64,000 nt of DNA from Malacoraja senta (GCA_038087875.1 CM075989.1:3348001-3412000); one strand, 5' to 3'; numbered from the stretch's first letter, positions 12,845 through 25,084 are shown. Notes: generated by a model from the sequence alone, not told the origin. Made by a program: numbers and translations.

Positions 12845-13725
12845 AATAGTCAATAGTCAGATTCATTCGTCATGTACACAATGAAGTGCAGTGAAATGAA
12901 TTTGCCAGCAGCGGTACAATAAAAAAGAACACACAATACACAATAAAAATTTGACACAAAACATCCACCACAGCATTCTTCACTGTGGTGGAAGACACAA
13001 AGTTCAGTCAGTCCTCCTCCATTTTTCCCCGTGGTCGGGGCCATAAACCTCCGCAGTCGCTGCTGTGTGCGGCCAGATGTACAGGCAAGGTAAGTCCCGG
13101 ATCGGTGTTTCTCTACCGGAGACCGCGGCTTGAAGGTGACGTAGGCCGCGGGCCGGCGGTCGGAGCTCTTCTCCAGGGATTCCCGGCGATGGTAAGTAAG
13201 TAAGTCCCCGCCACGCCCGTGGCAAGAAGCACCGCAGATCGCGGCATCAAGCTGTTGTAGGCCGCGGGCCGGCAGTCGGAGCTCTTCCCCTCCGGGGTCC
13301 CCAACGAGGGATCCCAGGCTCCGGACGCTGCTCCAGCTTGAAGCTCCACAGACCGCGGCTTCAGGCTGCCGCGGGCCAGCGATTGGAGCACTCCCTGCTG
13401 GCGACCCCCGGCATGGGTTCGCCCTGCTCCGCGATTAAATGTCCACGCTGCGCCTGCTGCTGAAGCTCCGGGCCCATCTCTGGGAAAGGCCGCACCCGCA
13501 CCGATCCTTGGTGTTAGGCCGCGAGGGAGGCAACATGGAAAAAGTCACCTCTCCGTGGAGGAGGCGACCAAAAGTCGTTCCCCCCTTACCCCCCCTCACC
13601 ACCCCCCACACAGGACACACCGGGAGACAGCTAAACTAACATTTGGACATACTAAAAAATTAAAAAATAAAGTAGAATTGACTAACACGCTGCTGGCAGG
13701 GCAGCCGTCTCGCAGCGCCCCCACT
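12845..13725 (-). mobile_element. GC-rich non-coding LINE-tailed element (related plus copy ~22680-23408)
   Basis: Internal repeats (ggccgcgggccggc, cggagctctt); 3' region tccaccacag...ttcactgtg(g/a)tggaag shared with 23240-23285; (actattg)n tail. Confidence 0.55.
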
Positions 13726-14534
13726 GACCAAAGTCCGATCATGCATAGTCCAGGGTCACTAAAGAGGTGGATATTAGTTCAACACTGCTCTCTGGTTGTG
13801 GTAGGATGACTCAGTTGCCTGATAACAGCTGGGAAGAAACTGTCCCTGAATCTGGAGGTGTGCGTTTTCACACTTCTGTACCTTTTGCCTGATGGGAGAG
13901 AGGAGAGGAAGAAGTGGCCGGCATTGAGAGCTGGAGAGGTAATGATAACATGTGCTTGATTTTTAGTTTTGTAGTTTAATTTAGAGAGATACAGCATGGA
14001 AAACAGGCCCTTTGGACGACCGAAACCGCACTGACCAGCGATCACCGCATTATTATCACCGCCCTACACATACTAGGGACAATTTACCCTATGCCAAGCC
14101 AATTAACCTACTAACCTGTACGTCTTTCGAGTGTGGGAAGAAACTGAAGATCTCGGCGAAAACCCACGTGGTCACGGGGAGAACGAACAAATGCTGTACA
14201 GACAGCACCCGTAGTCAGGGTCGATCCCAGGACTCTGGAGCTATAAGCGCTGTAAGCGTTGTAAGGCAGCAGCTCTACCGCTGTGCCACTGTGCCGATTT
14301 TTACAAAGGAAAAGGAGACATGATGAACCCCAAATGCCGTTATTCTGAGCAAAACATAAAGTGCTGGTGTAACTCCGTGGGTCAGGCAGAATCTCTGGAG
14401 GGAATGAACAGACAGCATTTTATGTTGGGTCTCTTCCTCACATTCTATTAAATCTTGGTCACCTGCACTCAAATGGTTGACATGAGGTGCTTGCTCAACA
14501 ATATCAACTAGCAGAACAACATAGCAGAGGTCCT

Positions 14535-14990
14535 GTTGCCAGGACTCGAGAGCCTGAGCTATAGGGATAGTTTGAGCAGGCTGGGACTCTATTCCTTGGA
14601 GCACAGGAGGATGGGGGGTAATCTTATAGAGATGTATAAAATCGTGAGAGGAATAGATCGGGTAGATGCACAGAGTCTCTTGCCCAGAGTAGGAGAATCG
14701 GGAATCAGAGGACATAGGTTTAAGGTGAAGGGGAAAAGATTTAATAGGAATCTGAGGGGTAACTTTTTCACACAAACGGTGGTGGGTGTATGGAACGAGC
14801 TGCCTGAGGAGGTAGTGGAGGCTGGTACTATTGCAAAGTTTAAAAAATATTTGGACATGTACACATGTGTATAGGGATTGGGCCAAAAGCAGACAGCTGG
14901 GACTAGTGTAGATGGGACATGTTGGTCGGTGTGGTAAAGTTGGACCGAAGGGCTTGTTTCTACTCTGTAATACTCTTTGACTCTCTCTTG
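14535..14990 (+). mobile_element. CR1 3' fragment
   Basis: PGLESLSYRDSLSRLGLYSLEHRR...FFTQTVVGVWNELPEEVVEAG. Confidence 0.85.
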
Positions 14991-15212
14991 CTCTGAGAAG
15001 ACAACTAGCTATTAAAAATCGCCCAACAATTAATTTATTCAGAGTCTGAAGAAGGGTCCCCACCTAAAACGTTGCCTATCCATTCCCTCCACCGATGCTG
15101 CCTGACCTGCTGATTTACTCCTGCACTTTGTGTTTTACTCAAGAGAGGGAAGAAACCTGGTGCTACATTTGATGGTCATCTTGAAGAGAGAATTAGATTT
15201 AGCTAGACAAAA

Positions 15213-15266
15213 GGGGTGGGAGATTGCAACCTTCACGTGGTCCGCCCTGTTTCGACGAATGCAATC
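15213..15266 (+). ncRNA. Minimal HDV/CPEB3-like self-cleaving ribozyme (predicted)
   Basis: P1 GGGGTGG(15213-19)/CCGCCCT(15242-48) with G1-U wobble; P2 GATTGCA(15222-28)/TGCAATC(15260-66); P3 ACC/GGT closing L3 TTCACGT; GT after P1; vestigial P4 TTCGA; J4/2 CGAA with candidate catalytic C at 15256. Confidence 0.85.
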
Positions 15267-15357
15267 AACCCGGCGTGCACAATCAAATAAGATCAAATAG
15301 AACAAGTTGTCCTACAACTTTAGGCTGTCCACGCCATACACAAGAAGAAGAAGAAGG
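15213..15357 (+). mobile_element. Short non-coding retroposon headed by an HDV-like ribozyme, (AAG)n tail
   Basis: TSD tagacaaaa (15204-15212 / 15358-15366); (AAG)5 tail; near-identical second copy at 33494-33637 on minus. Confidence 0.9.
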
Positions 15358-15675
15358 TAGACAAAAGTGCTGGAGAAACTCAGCGGGTGCAGCAGCATCT
15401 ATGGAGCGAAGGAAATAGGCAGTTTCGGGCCGAAACCCTTCTTCAGACTGATGTGGGGGGGGGGGGGGGCGGGGAGAAGAAAGGAGAAAGCAAGAGGAGG
15501 AGCCCGAGGGCTGAGGGAGAGCTGGGAAGGGGAGGAGACAGCAAGGGCTACCAGAAATTGGAGAGGTCAATGTTTATGCCGCTAGCGTGCAGACTGCCCA
15601 AGGTGCATATGAGGTGCTGCTCCTCCAATTTCCAGTGGTGCTCACTCTGGCCATGGAGGAGGCCCAGGACAGAAA
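15358..15675 (-). mobile_element. Penelope-like element 3' end and pLTR, inserted in a CR1 3' end
   Basis: Reverse complement matches 59215-59542. Host CR1 sequence agat(t)tagct is repeated on both sides (15195-15204 / 15675-15683). Confidence 0.85.
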
Positions 15676-16181
15676 GATTAGCTCTTAGGGCTAAAGGAAT
15701 CAATGGATATGGGGAAAATGCAGGAACGGGGTACTGATTTTCGATGATCAGCCATGATCATATTGAATAGCGGTGCTGGCTCGAAGGGCCCCAAATGGCC
15801 TACTCCTGCACCTATTTTCTATGTTTCTATGACATATCTTACTGCACAGCATTTGTGGTTAGAATGGGACTGATGGGAGGAGTGGCCACTTCTCATTCTT
15901 AACAATGGTCCCTGTACTGACGGGATCTGGGGAAGATTAGTCCTGACTGGCAACCTAGCGAATTGGGGAGGAGTTCAGTTTCTGGAGAATAAACTAAACT
16001 TCTCTTTGTGGAGCAGAAAGAAACTGCAGAACCTTGTTCAATGGTTGTCATGAGACCGTGCCCACATTGTGCATAAGCTGTGGACTCTTGTATCTGGCAG
16101 AGCAAAGTTCATAACATGGTAGATGATCAGATCCTTTAAAAGGCGATTGAGTAAGTGTGTCGAGTTCATGATAGGGACATC

Positions 16182-18630
16182 AATCTATTTCCTTCATATT
16201 TATATATATATATATATGATATTTGGCCAGTCTTCATATCTAGAGAGCTCATAAGAGAGGAATTAATAAATTTCAAGAGATTGATGGAATAACCTTTTTG
16301 CAGATGCACAACTTCAAATTAACTCCTTGCCCTTTAAACTATTCCACAATTACACCACGCCATGGGGAAAGAAGATTTGTCGCTGAATCATTGCATATAG
16401 TGAAGCCTTGTTACATTCGGACAGGGCCAAGTACTGACTGCTTTGCTACGGCCTAAATTCCGTTGTGTCTGTGGACAATAATGTGAGCGTGAGGAACAAT
16501 ATAATACAGCAAGCCTGTGATCTATGGTGGCAGCTCCCTGGGTAGATTGCCCTTGCAGGATGTACAGTATAATGTTCTCAAGCCCATTGAATAAATTCTG
16601 AAGCGGTAATCGATTAAATAAGTTACAGGATACATCAGGACAGCATGATGACGCAGCGGTAGAGTTGCTGCCTTACTGTGGCAGAGACCCGGGTTTATCC
16701 TGACTACGGGTGCTGCCTGTATGGAGTTTGTACGTTCTTCCTGTGACCATGTGGGTTTTCTCCAAGTGCTCTGGTTTCCTCCCACTCTCCATAGACGTGC
16801 AGGTTTGTAGGTTAATTGACTTTGGTAAAATTGTAAATTGTCCCTAGTGTGTAGGATAGTGCTAGTGTACGGAGTTAGACACAAAAAGCTGGAGTAACTC
16901 AGCGGGACAGGCAGCATCTCTGGAGAGAAGGAATGGGTGATGTTTCGGGTCGAGACCCTTCTTCAGATGGGAATATATGGAGTAATTGCTGGTCGGGGTG
17001 GACTTGTTGGCCCGAAGGTTTCCACGTTGTATCTCTGGAGTGAAAAGTCTAAATTATAGATAAGCAAAGCTTTAAGGGCATGTCCCACTTGCCGATTTTT
17101 TCAGCGACTGCCGGCATCATTGATTGACGTGTCAGGTCACCGAAAAATTAGCGGCGAGACGCTGCGTGACGCGGCGTGATGACGTATGACGCGCGGTGTT
17201 TTTTCAAGTGTCGCAACATTTTTTTTGTCGCCGCTGGATTTTGAAATGTTCAAAATCTTTTGGCGACACTGATATGATGTCGGCAGTCGCCGAAAAAAAT
17301 CGCCAAGTGGGACAGGCCCTTTAAGGAGTTACTCTGAAATTGCCAAAGGCAACATGTACTTTTGTTCCTTGCAAGACTGTTAGTTTATGCAGGGGGGTAG
17401 AGAATGGTGCATGGTGACAGATGCGGTCTACCATCTATGCTGGAAAGGGCACAGAAAAGATTTATAAGGATGTTCCCAGGACTTGAGGGCCTGAGCTTCT
17501 GGGAGTGGTTCATTGGAGACCTTTGAACTTCATTGGAAACCTTGAACTATCTTTAATCGGACTTTATCTTGCACCAAATGTTGTCTGTGTACGGTGAATG
17601 ACTCGATTGTATTCACGTATGGTCTTTTCTTTGACCAGATAACACGCAACAAAAGCTTTTCGCTGTACCTCGGTATACGTGACAAGAATAATAACAAATT
17701 AAATAGACTACGTTTTGGCAGGCTAAGACGTTATTCCTTAAGACGTTAAGGGCTTGGACACGCCAGTGGCAGGAAACATGTTCCCGATGTTGGGGGAGTC
17801 CAGAACCAGGGGCCACAGTTTAAGAATAAGGAGTAAGCCATTTGGAACGGAGACGAGGAAACACTTTTTCTCACAGAAAGGGGTGAGTGTGGAATTCTCT
17901 GCCTCAGAGGGCGGTGGAGGCAGGTTCTTTGGATGCTTTCAAGAGAGAGCTAGATAGGGCTCTTAAAAATAGCGGAGTCAGGGGATATGGGTAGAAGGCA
18001 GGAACGGGGTACTGATTGGGGATGATCAGCCATGATCACATTGAATCTATTTCCTTCATATTTATATATATATATATGATATTTGGCCAGTCTTCATATC
18101 TAGAGAGCTCATAAGAGAGGAATTAATAAATTTCAAGAGATTGATGGAATAACCTTTTTGCAGATGCACAACTTCAAATTAACTCCTTGCCCTTTAAACT
18201 ATTCCACAATTACACCACGCCATGGGGAAAGAAGATTTGTCGCTGAATCATTGCATATAGTGAAGCCTTGTTACATTCGGACAGGGCCAAGTACTGACTG
18301 CTTTGCTACGGCCTAAATTCCGTTGTGTCTGTGGACAATAATGTGAGCGTGAGGAACAATATAATACAGCAAGCCTGTGATCTATGGTGGCAGCTCCCTG
18401 GGTAGATTGCCCTTGCAGGATGTACAGTATAATGTTCTCAAGCCCATTGAATAAATTCTGAAGCGGTAATCGATTAAATAAGTTACAGGATACATCAGGA
18501 CAGCATGATGACGCAGCGGTAGAGTTGCTGCCTTACTGTGGCAGAGACCCGGGTTTATCCTGACTACGGGTGCTGCCTGTATGGAGTTTGTACGTTCTTC
18601 CTGTGACCATGTGGGTTTTCTCCAAGTGCT
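16182..18630 (+). repeat. Dispersed direct duplication of ~590 bp (16182-16770 copied to 18044-18630)
   Basis: Identical from aatctatttccttcat to gtgggttttctccaagtgct except one TA unit in the microsatellite. Confidence 0.95.
17075..17320. mobile_element. PIF/Harbinger-like MITE
   Basis: TIR AGGGC(A/C)TGTCCCACTTG...CAAGTGGGACAGGCCCT, ~50-bp imperfect inverted arms, 3-bp TSD TTA. Confidence 0.85.
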
Positions 18631-18685
18631 TGAAGGGCCAAATGGCCTACTCCTGCACCTATTGTCTATTGTCTATTGTCTATTG
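17745..18685 (+). mobile_element. CR1 3' end interrupted by a templated insertion (18044-18630)
   Basis: NMFPMLGESRTRGHSLRI; 3' UTR catgatcacattgaat...gaagggccaaatggcc and (ctattgt)n tail. Confidence 0.8.
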
Positions 18686-20090
18686 TCTATTGTCCTTGAA
18701 GCGCAGGAGGCTGAAGGGTGATCTTATAGTGTATCAAACCAAGAGGTATTGATAGGATGAGTGCACAGTCTTTTACCCTGGGTGGGGGGAATCAAGAACC
18801 AGAGGCAATAAGTTTAAGGTGAGAGGGGAAGTGCTTGAGGAGCAACTTCTTCACACAGAGGTGGGTTTATGGAACGAGCTGCCAGAGGACGTAGTTGAGA
18901 CACGCATGATAACAGCATTTGAAAGACGCTTTTTGTATTTCTAAAATACGCTCTATTGAATACAAAACAAATACTGTGCAAGAATTTGTCACACATTGTC
19001 AGTGTCTATCCATTCAATACCGTCATACTCAGTAGTGTTAGCACCTCCCTTTACTCCTTACACAAAACCATCCTTGCCGACATATGGCCCCTTCCCTTGT
19101 TTGAGGGGTCCCCCCACCAGACTCTGCCTCTCAATGTCCAGCAGCAGAACGACCCTAGACTGCAGTCCTCCCGCACAGAACTTTGGCGTTACCTGCACCA
19201 AGCTTCTTTGCGTCCCTCAGCATAGTTTAGTTTAGAGATGCAAACAGGCCATTCAGCCCACTGAATCCATGCCGACCATCGATCACCTGTTCAATCCAGT
19301 TCTATGTGTATGAAGGAACTGCAGATGCTGGTTTAAACTCCTGCTGAGTTACTCCAGCATTTTGTGTCTATCTTCACTCCAGTTCTATGTTATCCCACTT
19401 TCGCACTCACTCCCTACACACGAGGGGCTATTTACAGAGGGCCAATTAACCTGCAAGCCTACGCGTCTTTGGGTTGTGGGAGGAAGCCAGAAACCCACAT
19501 GGTCACGGGGAGAATGTGCAAACTCCACACAGAGAGCAGCCATGGTCAGGATGGAAGCTGGGTTTCTGACACTGTGAAGCAGCAACTCTACCAGCTGCGC
19601 CACTGTGCCACCCACTCTTCCTGAAGTCTAGAATGGACCAGTTGGCAACATTCCCTGAGAGACTGTTTCATAGACATTTGGACAGGTACATGGATAGGAA
19701 AGGTTTAGAGGGATGTGGACCAATCATGGGCAAATGGGACTTGCTTAGATGAGCATCTTGGTTGGCATTGATGAATTGGGCCGAAGGGCCTGTTTCTTTG
19801 CTGTATGACTGTACGATGAAAAGAAAGAATGAATACGACAGTGGTGTTTAAGAGGCTTTTAGGGTAGGCATATGGTGGGCAACGGAATCAAGGGATATGG
19901 GGAGAAAGCAGGAACGGGGTACGGAATTTGGATGATCAGCCATGAAGGGTGCTGGCTCGAATGGCTGAATGGCCTACTCCTGCAGCTATTTTCTATGTTT
20001 CTGTGTTTCTACATTTCTACGTTTCTTAGTGCATGGAGCAGGGTGCTACGAATCATGTACAGGCAGATGAGATCAGGTTAACTTGGCATC

Positions 20091-20291
20091 AGGAACTGCA
20101 GATGCTGGTTTAAACCGAAGATAGACACAAAAAGCTGGAGTAACTCAGCGGGACAGGCAGCATCTCTGGAGAGAAGGAATGGGGTGAAGTTTTGCGTCGA
20201 GACACTTCTTCAGACCCGAAACGTCACCCATTCCTTCTCTCCAGGGACGCTGCCTGTCCCGCTGAGTTACTGCAGCTTTTTGTGTCTATCG
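20091..20291. mobile_element. Palindromic pLTR-derived hairpin element
   Basis: gatagacacaaaaagctggagtaactcagcgggacaggcagc...cgctgcctgtcccgctgagttactgcagctttttgtgtctatc. Confidence 0.8.
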
Positions 20292-23200
20292 AACTTGGCA
20301 TGGTATTCATCATAAACACTGTGCCAGAGGGCCAGTTCCTATGCTGCACTGTTCTAATGGGCTTGATGGGCATGGTCACTCTTTCCATCCTGTATTCACC
20401 CGGAACAGAATGCTAGCCACGGGTAAATCTTGAAGCAATAATAAGTGTAAGGCCAGCCTGCTTAGTCCCTTCTTTCACCAGGGTGGCTACTTCAGGGCTG
20501 CACGGAGGCGCAGTGGTAAACTTGCTGCCTCACAGCGCCAGAGACCTGGGTTCGATCCTGATTACGGGTGCTGTCTGTACGGAGTTTGTACGTTCTCCCG
20601 TGACCGCGTAGGATCTCTCCAGGTGCTCCGGTTTCCTCCCACACTTAGGTTAATTGGCTTCTGTAAATTGTCCATAGTGTAGGATGGTGCTGGTGTACGG
20701 GGTGGTCACTGTTTGGCACGGACTCGGTGGGCCGAATGGCCTGTTTCCACACTTTGCTTCTAAAATCTAAAGTCTAAAGACTGAAGTCCTAATTCCTGCC
20801 AGATTATCTCTCTCCTGATGATATCATTTGTACTTTGAATAACCCAATGATTATTTAGTTCGACTGCAGGCCTTGAGAGGAGACATTACATCCACTCAGT
20901 GCTTTCCGTTTGTGCTCATTTCCATTTCTCTCCCGACCTCTTTCTCTCACTCTCAAGTGATGTTCTACATGTGCCTAAGTGACAAGCTGCATCTTCTCAT
21001 GAAACGCCTGTTTGGTCTCTCTCTCTCTCGGACGCCCACGAGATCAGTGCCTGAGTTTGGTCTCCAGACTCGGGCTGACAGCTTAGTCTGAATGCTTCCC
21101 ACGCACGTGGGTCACCCCAGAGCTGGAGGGAGGGAGGCAGCCGTCCAAGTCATGATTCATTAAACACTTCAGCAGAAAGGCTCCCAGGAAGAATGCATTT
21201 GAAGGACAGAAGTTCTTCAACACATCAGTACATTTATCAGGCAATTTGCTTCTTTGAATCAATGTAAAAGAGATACTCCCCAGGCAGCGGTTGCCAATGT
21301 CACCCACTTAAATGCCGGGAGATAGCAGATTCAGCCCACAGAGTGCTGAGACCGACATTATCCTTGGACTCGGAGATTTAAGTGCTTTCCATTAAGTAAA
21401 GCTCTGCTATTTATACCACAATATACTGTGTGCCATTGTAATCAGGGACCATTAGTGTCACGCCAGCATTGATGTGTATGACAAGCTGAAGTTGACACCG
21501 TGCTATGTATGCATGGAGGACTATTGCAGAAGAGCAAAATGGCCGTCAGGCTCAGATGGCCGGCACGCAGTGGGCCGTGACGCTCCCGGCATGCAGCAGC
21601 GAACACGCCCGCGGGCTCGACGGAATCCGCTCAAAGGCTCGTCAGTCAGCGGGACCTCGCCCAAAGGGACCAGGAACCTGCCCAAATTACATCAAATGGT
21701 GTAACTGGGAGGTAGCTGGATGCAAGGAGCGAGGGTTGGTGGGAGGGTGAACCGGGGTAATGTCTCCAGCGCCTTTGAGGTCGGCTGCAGGAGGTGCCCC
21801 CGGGACACAAAGATGGCCGGGCGGGGAGAGGAGAGGGGTGTCGGTTCGCGGGAACTGCTCCAGAACATCGAGCGACCGGACTTTGGACTTTGAATAATGG
21901 CGGCAAAAATGGCGGGGCCTACATGAGTAATTTATGCAAAATGCATTGCACTGTGCAGTTGCGTACATGACAAATAAAGCACTATTGACTAATCAATTAG
22001 GCCCACATTCCCAGCCTCGGTCCTATATCAGTGAAGGAACAAGTGATGGAGTAGCTCAGCGGGTCAGGCAACATCTCTGGAGAACATGGATAGATGATGT
22101 CTCGGCTCGGGACCCTTCTTCAGACCCAAAGCCTCGTGACTCATGGAAGTTAATTCAGATAAATCTAAGATGTTGTATTTTGGGAAGTCAAACAAGGAAG
22201 GCTCGTCACAATGAATGTCAGGGCCCTGGAGAGCGTTGTAGAACAGAGGCATCAAGGGGCACAAGTACCTTGTTCCCTGAGAGTTACAGAGCCTGAAGAA
22301 TGTCCCCATGTTCTCCAGAGATGCTGTTACTCAAGTCCAGCATCCACACTTCCTTGTTTCTCATATATGAATAATTTGGATGAGATCATACCAGGCGTGA
22401 TATTAGTAAGTCTGCAGATTACTCAAAACTCAGCGATATCGTGGGCAGAATGATGGGCCAAGAAAGTGGGCCAAGAAATGGCTAACGGAGTTAGAAGCAG
22501 ACAAGTGTGAGGTGTTGGAACCAAGAAGCGTCTCGACCCAAAGCGTCACCCATTCCTTCTCTCCAGAGATGCTGCCTGTCCCGCTGAGTTACTCCAGCTT
22601 TTTGTGTCTATCTTCGGTTTAAACCAGCATCTGCATTTCCTTCCTACAGCATAGGACGTTCACAGTTAACGACAGGGCCCTGGTTCGCCTCGCCAACGGT
22701 CTGTCTGTCACTTCCTTCTTTGTGGTTTAATAGTAGGTGTTAAATGTATGTTGTTACTGTTCTTTAGCTTGTTTTATGTGGGGGGGGGGTGTGGGGGAGG
22801 GGCGGTTGGGGGAAACTTTTTCTAATCTCTTACCTCGACGGAGATGCGATTTTTTTCCGTATCGTATCTCTGTCCGCACTGCGGCCTAATATCGAGGCGT
22901 TGGCGGCCTTTGCTGGAGACCAACTTTTGAGAGCTCCACCCTGACGAGCCTACGGGACTTTAACATTGCAGAGCCCGAGATCCCTTTGCCCGGGATCGAC
23001 CTCGGAGCTCCACCCGTGGGTGCTTGCGGACTTAACATCATGGAGACCAACTTCGGGAACTCCAAGCCGCAGGAGTTTCGACCGCCCCAACGCGGGATTT
23101 TCGATCGCCCCAATGCACCTTCGACCGCCCCGACTTGGGAGCTCCGACCGCTGGCTGCGGGGGCTTCGATTGCCCCGACGGATGGTTCGACTCCCCCGAC

Positions 23201-25084
23201 CGCAGGAGAATAAAGTGGAAGAAGATTGGACTTTTTTGCCTTCCATCACAGTGATGAATGTGGGGAATCCACTGTGGTGGATGTTTATGTTAATTTTTAT
23301 GTAGTTGTGTGTCTTGCTGCTTTTGTTTTTGTATGGCTGTATGGTAATTTGAAGATCACTGTACCTTAATTGGTACATGTGACAATAAATTACCTTTGAA
23401 ACCTTTGAGTTTTCTAGAGCAGAGGAATCTAGGAGTGCAGATACACAATTTCCTGTTCCAAAAGATATTTAGACAGAGTACATGGACTGGGAAGATTAAG
23501 AGGGATATGGGCCAAATGCAGGCAGGTGGGACTGAGGGAGTTTAATGATTTAGATGTTTCAAAATGGATTCTGCTGTAGATTTAGAAGTTGCAAAATGAA
23601 TGCTTAACCTTTCTTCTATTTCAGCGAGATTTCTGCACAAAAACACCAGGTGTCTTGTCCTATAATATAAACACTGGCAAGATTACAGCACAATAACATG
23701 AATGTTTTGCCTTTCTTCTATAACACTAGCAAGATTTCAGCACAATAACACGATATTTTGCTCTATGATATAAACAATCAGAAAGATGTTCAGACAACTC
23801 GGTTCTTACCCTCTACTCTACAGATTGTAATGTACAGACAATCAACAAAGTCAAAAAACAAGAGTGCTTGAATCTGCAAAAAATAGCTCCTTCAGCATAA
23901 CCATATATGGGCTAACCTTTCCTCTATCGAAAAAACTTGTCAATCCTCTGATTTTAACCATATATGGACAAGGCAAGAGGCTGTACAATGCTCTGTAAGA
24001 TAAAGAATAGCTGAATTGCTGATTATTAGGGTATACATATATCTGATTGAACATTACCTCTGTGTGTGGAGAAAAGGGGACTGTAGTCTGCATTTACATA
24101 CTGTGAGAGCTGTCCTCCCACACCCGTCTGGCGAAATAAAGACGTTACAAAATTACTAACTTTTGTATTGTTATCAGTTTGAAGCAAATCGAACTTTAAC
24201 AGGACTAGTGTGGATGGGGCATCTTGATTGGCAGGGGCAGAAGGGCCTGCTGCATGACTATGACTATGAATGTGGTGTCACAGGTAGATAGGGTAGTGAA
24301 GGTGACTATTGGCATGGTAGCCTTCATCGGAAGCTGAGAAGTTATGTTCCATTTGTACATGATATTGGTGAGACCACAAGGAGCATTATGTTTAGTTTTG
24401 GTCACCGTGCTATAGGAAAGATGTTGTTAAGCTGGAAAGAATGCAGAGAAGATTTACAAGGATGTTGCCAGGACTCGAGGCCCTGAGCTATAGGGAGAGA
24501 TTGGGCAGGCCAGGGCTTTAGTCCTTGCATTGCAGGAGGCTGTGGTGTGATCTTATAGAGGTGTATCAAGTTATGAGGGGAAAAGATGGGGTAGATATAC
24601 AAATGATCTCATGGTCCTATATCCCTCTTTCCTATCCATGTACCAGTTCTCTGGTTTCCAGCCAGATCTTAAAGTGGATAAAATCATGAGGGGAATAGAT
24701 ACAATAATACATTTAGTTTAGTTTAGTTTAGAGATATAGTGCAGAAACAGGCCATTCAGCCCACGAGTCCATGCCGATCAGCAGTCCCGGCACACTAACA
24801 CTATCCTACACACACAAACACACTAGGGGCAATTTACAATTTTTACCCAGCCAATTAGCCTACAATCCTGTATGTCTTTGGAGTGTCGGAGGAAACCGGA
24901 GCTCCTAGAAAAAACATACACAGGTCACAGGGAGAACGTACAAACTCCGTACAGACAGCATCTGTAGTCAGGATCGAACCCGGGTCTCTTGCGCTGTAGG
25001 CAGAAACTCTACTGCTGCGTCACCGTGCAGTAGTTGCACTTGGACTGGTACGTGGACAGGAAAGGTTTAGAGAGATATGGGCCT

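Noticed and set aside
13680..13725. HDV-like ribozyme at the 5' end (GGGGGCGCTG...) of the GC-rich element
   Set aside because: I could not build P2/P3/L3 or a C-containing J4/2 from this copy.
14275..15063. 262-aa minus-strand ORF
   Set aside because: It is the antisense reading of a CR1 fragment plus pLTR repeats.
23851..24093. Possible RTE RT remnant (KELFFADSSTLV resembles ELLFADD)
   Set aside because: Only one degenerate motif; too weak without a profile search.
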